A model generated the notes under the pieces. The model did not search any database. It was not told the DNA's origin and saw only the letters and a list, made by a program, of their open reading frames with translations. Position numbers and translations under genes: made by a program. A stretch of 17,196 nt of DNA from an uncultured Phycisphaerales bacterium (GTDB lineage: Bacteria > Planctomycetota > Phycisphaerae > Phycisphaerales > SM1A02): contig CALKEP010000077.1 in the NCBI GenBank assembly GCA_938084645.1, positions 1 through 17,196 of the forward strand. Reading direction: 5' to 3'. Below, one piece after another: positions 8,023 through 15,161 of this stretch. Each line of letters begins with the position of its first letter. Positions within the stretch are counted from its first letter, which is position 1.

Positions 8023-9422
8023 ATCGACAGAAGCTCACCATCGCCGTGCTCATCGGCATCTTCGTGATCCTCCTCGGGATCCGCGCGGTTTCCGGATACG
8101 GCCTTGGACGGATCTACGTGGAGCGTGGTAGCGCATCCTTCGTGAAGGTCGATGTCCCCGCCCTCGGCTCGGATGGTTCGGAAGTGCAGGCGACCTGGGT
8201 CCCGTCGGTGTCCGACGAGGCCGTCGACTTCGCCAAGCCGACCTCGGAACGGATCGAGTGGACCTCCGTCACGCCGGTCCCGCCTCGGGTCTACTTCGAG
8301 GCGAATCTCTCCAATGAAGCGCTCGACGCGGCACTCTCGAGCGCCGTTCCAGAGGGCATCACGGGGGCCGATCTCGAGACGGCGCTCGCCGACTGGCGGT
8401 CGAAGATCCTCGCCGTGGCCGCGGCGAGCCTCGACGGCCGAGCCACGCCCCAAGTCGTGATCGACTGGTCCGCGCTGCGGACCGCGGGATATCGACGCGA
8501 CACGGGGATCGACGCACCGGCGGATGGTGACTTCCGCAAGACGCTCGATGCGATTCTCGAGGCAGGTCGGACCGGCGCGATCGTCGATCCGGCGACCACG
8601 GTGGTGGTCGCGGACGGCCGACTGGTGGTGACCACGCCGGGCGAGGCGCCCGTGTCGTCGATCGGGCTCAGCTGGCCGCGGACCATCGGGCTCTGGCTCG
8701 CCGCGATCTTCACGCTCGCGATCTTCTCGTTCCTCTACAAGGACAACCCGCTCTACAAGCTCGCGGAGTCCACCGTGGTCGGCGTATCGGCCGGGTACTG
8801 GATGGTGATCGGGCTCTGGGACATGATCGTCCCGAATCTGTTCGGCAAGCTGCTTCCAGGCTTCGTGCAGGGCAATCTCATTCCCGGGCTCTCCACGGAT
8901 GGGACCAACTGGGCCTACCTGGTGCCGCTGATCTTCGGGCTGCTGCTCCTGATGCGGCTTGCGCCCAAGGGGCAGTTCTTCAGTCTCTGGACGCTCGCGT
9001 TCATCGTGGGCACCACCGCGGCGCTGCGGATGGTGGCGTACATCGAAGGCGACTTCCTGAGCCAGATCAACGCGACCGTCGCGCCGCTCTACCAGCAGGT
9101 CGTGAACGCGGACGGATCCGTCAACGGCTACTCCAGCTTCTGGGCCAGCGTTCGGCAGATCACGCTCGTGGTCGGAGTGCTCGCCTGCCTGACGTACTTC
9201 TTCTTCTCGGTGGAGCACAAGGGTGCGGTCGGCAAGGTCGCGCGGCTCGGCATCTGGTTCCTGATGATCACCTTCGGTGCGGCGTTCGGCTTCACCGTGA
9301 TGGGTCGAATCGCGCTGCTGGCCGCTCGGTTCGAGTTCCTGTTCGATGACTGGCTCTGGATCATCGATCCCATGAACCAGCGAACGGTGGCCGCGGCCAC
9401 CGGGCTGCTCTTCTGGATCTAG
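8019..9422 (+). CDS. Hypothetical membrane protein: N-terminal TM, ~190 aa extracytoplasmic region, ~6 TM domain
   Basis: ATGA overlap with GGAGGT SD. The C-terminal domain has FSFLYKDNPLYKLAE, LTYFFFS and FLMITFGAAFGFTVMGR. Confidence 0.85.
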   Translation: MNRQKLTIAVLIGIFVILLGIRAVSGYGLGRIYVERGSASFVKVDVPALGSDGSEVQATWVPSVSDEAVDFAKPTSERIEWTSVTPVPPRVYFEANLSNEALDAALSSAVPEGITGADLETALADWRSKILAVAAASLDGRATPQVVIDWSALRTAGYRRDTGIDAPADGDFRKTLDAILEAGRTGAIVDPATTVVVADGRLVVTTPGEAPVSSIGLSWPRTIGLWLAAIFTLAIFSFLYKDNPLYKLAESTVVGVSAGYWMVIGLWDMIVPNLFGKLLPGFVQGNLIPGLSTDGTNWAYLVPLIFGLLLLMRLAPKGQFFSLWTLAFIVGTTAALRMVAYIEGDFLSQINATVAPLYQQVVNADGSVNGYSSFWASVRQITLVVGVLACLTYFFFSVEHKGAVGKVARLGIWFLMITFGAAFGFTVMGRIALLAARFEFLFDDWLWIIDPMNQRTVAAATGLLFWI

Positions 9423-9446
9423 CTCATCTCGAGAGGACCGACCTCG

Positions 9447-9493
9447 ACGACGAATTAACGCGGCACCTCCGAAAGGAGGTGCCGCGTCGTCGT
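9447..9493 (+). terminator. Strong hairpin at the end of the operon (terminator or 3' stabiliser)
   Basis: Perfect 13-bp stem ACGCGGCACCTCC-GAAA-GGAGGTGCCGCGT (9458-9487), extendable by ACGACG/CGTCGT across a 5-nt bulge. Begins 25 nt after the stop. No U-tract on the plus strand. Confidence 0.6.
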
Positions 9494-9637
9494 AGGGTGG
9501 TGTCGGAGCCACGGGGCGTCGGAGGCGGGGTGAGCCCCCGCGTGGACGACATGCGAAATCGAAGCGCGTCGGGTATCGAGCCGCGAGGGAATCGTGACGG
9601 GTACGGCCGGGTCGGTCCGGGAGATTGCAGGCTCGGC

Positions 9638-10375
9638 ATGTCCCGAGCCATCTCCGGCGTCATGTGGTCGGGGCTCCCTGTGGATCGGGACCGACCCCGT
9701 CCCGAAGGAGCTGGTGCCCCTGGTCCGCGAGCGAGACCCGGACGAGCGCTGCGTGGCATCGCGGTGGCCTTCCTCGTGGCGGTCGGCGAATCGAGCCATG
9801 GAGATCTGCTCGTCGGTTGGAGTTGCAACGCCGCCGACACCTCGGCCGGATCGCTTCTCGCGGACTTCGGTTCGGGTCGATTGGAATTCGAGTCGATCGC
9901 CGACCACCACGATCTCTTCGCCGGAACCCGGATGAATGCCTGGGGCGATGCGGACGCCGGTGACGCCCTGGGATTCCGGGGCCCGGGAGCGGAGGCGGGA
10001 TCGTTCTTTCTGGAATGGGATTCGACGCCGGGGATCGGTGGTGGACCGGGGCCGCTGCAGTGCTCCTTCGCGATGCGGCGGAGTGATACCGGCAGCGAGT
10101 TCGTCGCGGTCGACGCCCGATCGGGAGGCGATTGGATTCCCATCGCCTCGATCGCCACCACGACCGGATGGTCGACCGTCGTCTTGGGTCTCGACGACGT
10201 GCTGTCGACCTCGGCGACGCTTCGGTTGAGGTTCACGCTCTCGGGCGCATCGAACCCGCAGGGAACGGTTCGATTCGACAATCTTCGAATCGACGGCGGG
10301 GTGGTCCCGGCGCCCGGGGTGCTCGCGACGATGGGTCTGCTGGTGCCGCGATGCCGTCACCGACGTCGGCGTTGA
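9638..10375 (+). CDS. PEP-CTERM-like (VPAPG) exosortase-sorted surface protein; start uncertain
   Basis: C-terminus VVPAPGVLATMGLLV..RHRRRR. Signal-like segment RALRGIAVAFLVAVGESSHG|DLLVGW. Beta-rich body ending LRLRFTLSGA...TVRFDNLRIDG. The ORF-track start at 9479 falls inside the hairpin, so a later ATG (9638 or 9662) is preferred. Confidence 0.7.
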   Translation: MSRAISGVMWSGLPVDRDRPRPEGAGAPGPRARPGRALRGIAVAFLVAVGESSHGDLLVGWSCNAADTSAGSLLADFGSGRLEFESIADHHDLFAGTRMNAWGDADAGDALGFRGPGAEAGSFFLEWDSTPGIGGGPGPLQCSFAMRRSDTGSEFVAVDARSGGDWIPIASIATTTGWSTVVLGLDDVLSTSATLRLRFTLSGASNPQGTVRFDNLRIDGGVVPAPGVLATMGLLVPRCRHRRRR

Positions 10376-10408
10376 CGGTTCGGACGTGGTTGATCATGCA
10401 TGCATCCA

Positions 10409-10442
10409 CCGGGGCGGCGGACCTTCGGGCCGTCGTCCCCGG
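10409..10442. terminator. GC-rich hairpin with C(UUCG)G loop between convergent genes
   Basis: CCGGGG-CGGCGG-A-CC-TTCG-GG-CCGTCG-T-CCCCGG, located between the stops at 10375 (+) and 10474 (-). Confidence 0.45.
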
Positions 10443-10473
10443 GGTGACTCCGCACGGGATCCCGGCTCGCGGA

Positions 10474-11541
10474 TCAGGAGGATTTCGCGGCGCCGTCCCC
10501 GCCGGCCGCGAGCGTGTCCCGGGTCGCGAGGTCGAGGGCCAGATCGATCGCGGCGAGCATCGATCCCGCATCGGCCTTGCTGCGTCCGGCGATATCGAAC
10601 GCGGTTCCATGGTCGGGGCTGGTTCGAATGATGGGCAGCCCGAGGGTGACGTTGACCGCCCGATCCCAGCCGAGGAGTTTCACGGGAATCAGGCCCTGAT
10701 CGTGATACATCGCGACCACGAGATCGAAGCGGCCTTCGGCGGCGCCGATGAAGATCGTGTCGGCGGGATGCGGGCCGGTCGCCTTGATCCCCTGCTGCAC
10801 CGCGACGTCGATCGCAGGGGCGATCACCCGCTGGTCCTCGTCGCCGAGGATGCCGTTTTCGCCCGCGTGCGGATTGAGGCCGCAGACCGCGATCCGGGGT
10901 CGTTGGATGCCGAGTCGACGACAGAGATCGTGCCCCAGTTCGATCGACTCGTGGACACGTCCGATGGTGAGGACGTTCTTCACGTCCATCAGCGGCACGT
11001 GCGCCGTGGCGAGCACCACCTTGAGCCGAGGGGAGACGAAGGCCATCGCCTGCCGCTTTGAACGGGTCCGGTGCGTCAGGAGTTCGGTGTGACCGGGCCA
11101 CTTGAAGCCGGCCACGGACCACGACTCCTTGCATATCGGCGCGGTCACGATCGCATCGACATGTCGCGGATCGGATTCGGGAAGCATCGCGTCGGCGATG
11201 ACCTCCTCCACGAACCGCTTCGAAAGGTGGCCGCCGACTCGCGTCGGGCCGGGTTCCTGGGGAAGATTCAGATCGACGTCGTCGAAGTCGACCACCGTCA
11301 CCGGTGGCAGCAGATCACCACGCGCTCGATCACTCGATTGCGCGACCCGATACCAGTAGGGACGGATTCCGGCGCGATCCGCGGCGAGGTTCAGGAGTTC
11401 GTTGCGTCCGTGGATGACGAACCGGGCTCGCTCGTGGAGGCGTGGATCCGCGAGCGCCTTGACCACGACCTCGGGGCCGATCCCGGCCGGATCACCCATG
11501 CTGACGCCGATCACCGGCTGATTGGAGGAAGACGCATCCAT
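10474..11541 (-). CDS. pdxA: 4-hydroxythreonine-4-phosphate dehydrogenase
   Basis: Motifs MGDPAGIGPEV, VTAPICKE, PGHTE, LATAHVPL, GLNPHAGE, PADTIF, AMYHDQGLIPVK and RTSPDHGTAFDIAG. Confidence 0.96.
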   Translation of the reverse strand: MDASSSNQPVIGVSMGDPAGIGPEVVVKALADPRLHERARFVIHGRNELLNLAADRAGIRPYWYRVAQSSDRARGDLLPPVTVVDFDDVDLNLPQEPGPTRVGGHLSKRFVEEVIADAMLPESDPRHVDAIVTAPICKESWSVAGFKWPGHTELLTHRTRSKRQAMAFVSPRLKVVLATAHVPLMDVKNVLTIGRVHESIELGHDLCRRLGIQRPRIAVCGLNPHAGENGILGDEDQRVIAPAIDVAVQQGIKATGPHPADTIFIGAAEGRFDLVVAMYHDQGLIPVKLLGWDRAVNVTLGLPIIRTSPDHGTAFDIAGRSKADAGSMLAAIDLALDLATRDTLAAGGDGAAKSS

Positions 11542-11602
11542 GTCCGAATTCTAGTCGCCCCGACGGCTCGATTCGATGGCCCCGGGTCCGAATGGATCGG
11601 GG

Positions 11603-12814
11603 TCAATCCCGGATCTCGATCGTCGACGAGGGGTGGGTGAGGACTTCGTAGACCAGTTCCACGTCATCCCCCAGCATTCGGACGCAGCCCATCGACATCT
11701 GTCGGCCGATCGATCCGGGCTCGATCGTGCCGTGGATTCCGTAGCCGTCGACGTCGCGATTGGCGTCTTCGATCCCTTCGAGTCCGATCCAGTGCTCGCC
11801 GATCGGATTGGCGGGGTCGTTCGGCTTGAACTCCTCCCGGGTCCGTGGGTTGATCCAGTGCGGGTTCACCAGCTTGGAGTTCACCCGTACGCGGTAGAGG
11901 CCGGTGGGCGTGGCGTTGAACTCCCCGAGTCCCACGGGGAGCGCCACGAGCATGGTTCGTCCGGATTCAGTCCGCTGGAACAGCGTGATCGTGTAGTCGG
12001 ACTTGTCGACGACCGCGTCGAAGGTGCCGGTGGGCAGTCGAAGGTCCTGGCCGATGCGGATCGCGTTGGGATTCGAGAGATTGTTGATCCGGGCCAGGAA
12101 CATCTTGTCGGTGTCGACGTTCTCGCGACGCACGATTCGATCGAGGCTGTCGCCGCTTCGGACCTTGTAGGTCGTGACGAAGGGATTGTCCGGGAGATTG
12201 GGACGATCGAGCAGGGTGAGCGCCGCGAGTTCCCGGGCGAGGGCCGTCGCCGACCGACGATCGGCGTCCGAGAGTCCGTCGGAGACCCACGCCGTGGTCA
12301 GGGCCTTTCGAGCCGCGACGGGATCGGTCTTCGCGAGCCGTTGCGCGTCGGCGAGCGACGTGGACGCGGTCTTCGACGATGCGGCATCGGGACGAGTGGT
12401 GGCGGGGGCGGGGGTCGGGCGGGACGCCGCGGGTTGCTCCGCCGCCGTCCGCGTCGTCGTGGGCGACGTCGAGACGTCATCGCCCCGGGTGCTCGGCTCG
12501 ATGACCGGGGTGGATCGTCCGGCATCCGATCGGACCGGGGCCCGGTCGGGGCCCGGATCGAGCGTGATCTCGCTGCGGACGCCCGCGCGGGAGCTCGACG
12601 AGTTCGTCTCGTCGACCGCGGTGTCACGAGTCGCGTCGACGACCTGATCCGGCCCTTCCTCAACGCCGTCGTCACGCAACCACCACCAGCCGGCGGCGAC
12701 CACGCACGCGACGAGGAACACCAGCAGGAACAGACGCCGTCGTTGTGGTCTTCGTCGGCTGCTCATGTAGCTGCGACGGCTGGATGATCGACCGGACTGA
12801 CTTGCAAGGGCCAT
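11603..12814 (-). CDS. Membrane-anchored LysM-domain L,D-transpeptidase (YkuD family)
   Basis: ATG at 12814 with an AAGGAGG SD upstream (within 12821-12830). Arg-rich N-terminus, TM, Pro/Thr/Ser linker, LysM (YKVRSGDSLDRI...NNLSNPNAIRIGQDLRLP) and YkuD catalytic motif YGIHGT...SMGCVRM. Confidence 0.92.
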   Translation of the reverse strand: MALASQSGRSSSRRSYMSSRRRPQRRRLFLLVFLVACVVAAGWWWLRDDGVEEGPDQVVDATRDTAVDETNSSSSRAGVRSEITLDPGPDRAPVRSDAGRSTPVIEPSTRGDDVSTSPTTTRTAAEQPAASRPTPAPATTRPDAASSKTASTSLADAQRLAKTDPVAARKALTTAWVSDGLSDADRRSATALARELAALTLLDRPNLPDNPFVTTYKVRSGDSLDRIVRRENVDTDKMFLARINNLSNPNAIRIGQDLRLPTGTFDAVVDKSDYTITLFQRTESGRTMLVALPVGLGEFNATPTGLYRVRVNSKLVNPHWINPRTREEFKPNDPANPIGEHWIGLEGIEDANRDVDGYGIHGTIEPGSIGRQMSMGCVRMLGDDVELVYEVLTHPSSTIEIRD

Positions 12815-13003
12815 CGAGCGGCCTCCTTCGGCATCCGCCGAACTGAGTCGAGGGTGAAACGAGATCCACGAGATCCACGCGGGCCTCGGATTGAAGCGGT
12901 GCGGTCCTCGTCTTTCCGGAAAGCGGTCCGAACGGAAAGGGCGGCGGAACCGACCTGACAGCCTAGACAACCGCTGCCGACGTCGGGTTCAATCGACCGA
13001 ATC

Positions 13004-13030
13004 GTGGAAAAAAGTGGAAAAACAAGGTGG
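13004..13030. promoter_or_regulatory. A-rich GTGG direct repeats, possible protein-binding site
   Basis: GTGGAAAAAA-GTGGAAAAACAAG-GTGG, with GTGG at 13004, 13014 and 13027. Conspicuously A-rich for this GC-rich window; upstream of the L,D-transpeptidase gene. Confidence 0.35.
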
Positions 13031-13041
13031 TCCGAGGTGAC

Positions 13042-13608
13042 TCAGGGCTCGCCCGCGATGAGGACCTCATGGACACGGACATCGTGTTCCTCGCCGGGAA
13101 GATCGTCACGGAGTTGACTGGGGTGGCAGACGCCGGCCAGGTGAACCGTGGGGGGAAGCGTGGCCAGAAACCGATCGTAGTATCCGCCCCCTCTCCCCAG
13201 CCGCCGCCCGTCCCGGGTGAAGGCGACGCCCGGCACCAGAACGAGATCGAGCGACCCCGGATCCAGCTCCACGATGGGTGGGGTGGGGCTTCGAAGTCCG
13301 TAGCGATCCGTCGTCAGGGATGCGGGGTCGAGTCCCCGGAGTCTGCCGCACGTCATCCGGCCGACGAGAGTCGAGACGACAGGCACCGCCACTTCGATCC
13401 GATCGTCCTCGAGAAGCGATGCGATGGCCGGATCCAGATCGACCTCGCCGGGATCGGCGAGATAGGCCATGACCCGTCTCGCTCGTCGGCTTCGAATGAC
13501 GTCGAGGCAGCGAATCCGGGCCGCCGTCGCGTCTCGGGCCCGCGCCTCCGGATCGCGGTCGAGCATCGCGCGTCGAACCTCATCGCGGATCGCCGGCTTC
13601 TCCGTCAT
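13042..13608 (-). CDS. ygfA: 5-formyltetrahydrofolate cyclo-ligase
   Basis: MTEKPAIRDEVRR start overlaps the rarA stop (ATGA). Motifs MAYLA..GEVD and LDLVLVPGVAFTRDGRRLGRGGGYYDRFL, plus EEHDVRV. Confidence 0.93.
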   Translation of the reverse strand: MTEKPAIRDEVRRAMLDRDPEARARDATAARIRCLDVIRSRRARRVMAYLADPGEVDLDPAIASLLEDDRIEVAVPVVSTLVGRMTCGRLRGLDPASLTTDRYGLRSPTPPIVELDPGSLDLVLVPGVAFTRDGRRLGRGGGYYDRFLATLPPTVHLAGVCHPSQLRDDLPGEEHDVRVHEVLIAGEP

Positions 13609-14954
13609 TCGTTCTTCGCTCCCGGTTCGTCGTCGGAGGATCGCCGTCGCCGTCGCAGATCGTCGAGGCGTTCGCGTTGTCCGGCCTCGAGTCCATGATC
13701 GGTCGGTTCGTAGAAGACCCGGTCGACGCCGAGGTAGACCGTGGTTCCGACACCATCCTCGGCCTTGTGGGGCGAGCGATACGCCGGTGCGTCCGGGGCG
13801 CGGCCCTTCTTCATGCCGCTGATCAACTCCAGTGGCACGGGTTGCGTCCGTCCATCCCGAACCTCCTGCATGGCCGACCAGATCGCGGTGGCGGTGGCAT
13901 TGCTCTTGGGCGCCATCGCCATGTGGATCGCCGCCTGCGCGAGGGTCAGCTGGGCTTCGGGCATCCCGATCTTCTCCACGAGATTCCACGCCGCATCGGC
14001 GACGGAGATCGCGCTCGGATCGGCCTGCCCGATGTCCTCGCTCGCGAGGATCGCGATCCGGCGGGCGATGAAGCGCGGATCCTCGCCGGCCTCCAGCATC
14101 TTCGCGAGCCAGTAGACCGCGGCGTCGGGATCCGAGCCGCGCATCGACTTGATGAACGCGCTGATCGTGTCGTAGTGGCCGTCGCCCGACCGGTCGTACA
14201 CCACGGCACGTCGGCCGATCGACGCTTCCGCGACCGTGAGATCGACCACGACCGGCTTGCCGCCCCGGTCGACCGGTTCCAGACTTCGGACCGCGACCTC
14301 GAGGGCGTTGAGGGCGCGGCGGGCGTCACCTTCGCACGCGCCCGCGATGTGTCCGAGCGCCTCGGCCGTCGCTTCCACCGCCAGGCCACCGAAGCCACGC
14401 TGGTGATCGATCGCTCGCTCCAGCAGTCGGACGATGGCGGATTCGTCGAGCGGCTTCACCTCGAGCACGGTGGACCGACTGGTGAGTGCGGCATTCACCG
14501 CGTACCAGGGGTTTTCGGTGGTGGCACCGATCAGGGCGATACCGCCCCGTTCGACGCTTCCGAGAAGCACGTCCTGCTGACTGCGACTGAATCGATGGAT
14601 CTCGTCGAGGAACAAGATGGTCCGTCGTCCGTCGTCGCCAAGCCGACGGTCGGCGGCGGCCAGAATCTCGCGAATGCGCGGCACGCCGACCTGGGCGGCG
14701 TTCTCGCGCTCGAGGTGTGCGTCCAGCTGATCGGCGATCAGAAGCGCCAACGTCGTCTTTCCGGTTCCGGGAGGCCCGTAGAGCAGCAAGGAGCCGACGA
14801 CCCCGGCATCGAGCATCCGTCGCAGGAGTCCGCCCCCCTCGAGCAGGTGCTCCTGTCCGAGAACCTCGGTGATGGCGTCGGGGCGCAAGCGGTGCGCGAG
14901 TGGTTCCGCAGCCCGCCGATGCCGGTCTCGTCCGTCTTCCCAGAGGTCTTGCAC
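13605..14954 (-). CDS. rarA: Replication-associated recombination protein A (RarA/MgsA AAA+ ATPase)
   Basis: PLAHRLRP, Walker A GPPGTGKTT, Walker B LFLDEIHRF, GATTENP, GDARRALNALE, HYDTISAFIKSMRGSDPDAA, ASEDIG, APKSN. Confidence 0.96.
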   Translation of the reverse strand: MQDLWEDGRDRHRRAAEPLAHRLRPDAITEVLGQEHLLEGGGLLRRMLDAGVVGSLLLYGPPGTGKTTLALLIADQLDAHLERENAAQVGVPRIREILAAADRRLGDDGRRTILFLDEIHRFSRSQQDVLLGSVERGGIALIGATTENPWYAVNAALTSRSTVLEVKPLDESAIVRLLERAIDHQRGFGGLAVEATAEALGHIAGACEGDARRALNALEVAVRSLEPVDRGGKPVVVDLTVAEASIGRRAVVYDRSGDGHYDTISAFIKSMRGSDPDAAVYWLAKMLEAGEDPRFIARRIAILASEDIGQADPSAISVADAAWNLVEKIGMPEAQLTLAQAAIHMAMAPKSNATATAIWSAMQEVRDGRTQPVPLELISGMKKGRAPDAPAYRSPHKAEDGVGTTVYLGVDRVFYEPTDHGLEAGQRERLDDLRRRRRSSDDEPGAKNE

Positions 14955-15072
14955 GCTCGGATCCTACCGTTGGGGGGTCGGGTTTCGCCTTGTGAAGCCG
15001 GTTCGGCCCGGGCGTGGCGGGACATTTTCGAGTTTTCGGCCCCCGACTGAGCCTCGATCCCGGTTCGGTCGA

Positions 15073-15101
15073 TGGAAAACAAGCGGGAGGGCGGCGACAA
15101 T
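15073..15101 (+). promoter_or_regulatory. Candidate sigma70-like promoter for glmS
   Basis: TGGAAA-N17-GACAAT, about 60 nt upstream of the glmS ATG. Each hexamer matches the consensus at 4 of 6 positions. Confidence 0.3.
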
Positions 15102-15161
15102 GCCGGGTCTTCCCGTACCCCGTACTCCCGCGAGTGCACCTCGAACCGGAGCCAGTCGACC

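Noticed and set aside
6466..9512. 493-aa and 651-aa minus-strand ORFs
   Set aside because: Antisense shadows of the membrane-protein genes.
12843..12880. Hammerhead-like CTGA...GAAAC and 9-bp tandem ACGAGATCC x2
   Set aside because: The core is CTGAGTCGA rather than CUGANGA and the stems are missing. The repeat is too short to be meaningful and is not CRISPR-like.
12815..12970. Longer N-terminus for the L,D-transpeptidase
   Set aside because: A strong AAGGAGG SD supports the ATG at 12814, and the extension does not look protein-like.
13609..13989. Longer N-terminus for ygfA
   Set aside because: It overlaps rarA out of frame; the ATGA-coupled start at 13608 matches the family N-terminus.
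10132..15050. Plus-strand ORFs of 309, 403, 223 and 457 aa
   Set aside because: Antisense to pdxA, the LDT, ygfA and rarA; no recognisable domains.
14955..15161. glmS ribozyme in the glmS leader
   Set aside because: The conserved core (AGCGCC..GACT ... GACGAGG) is not visible.
15072..15161. Upstream ATG giving a 647-aa GlmS
   Set aside because: GlmS requires Cys at position 2, so the start is 15162.
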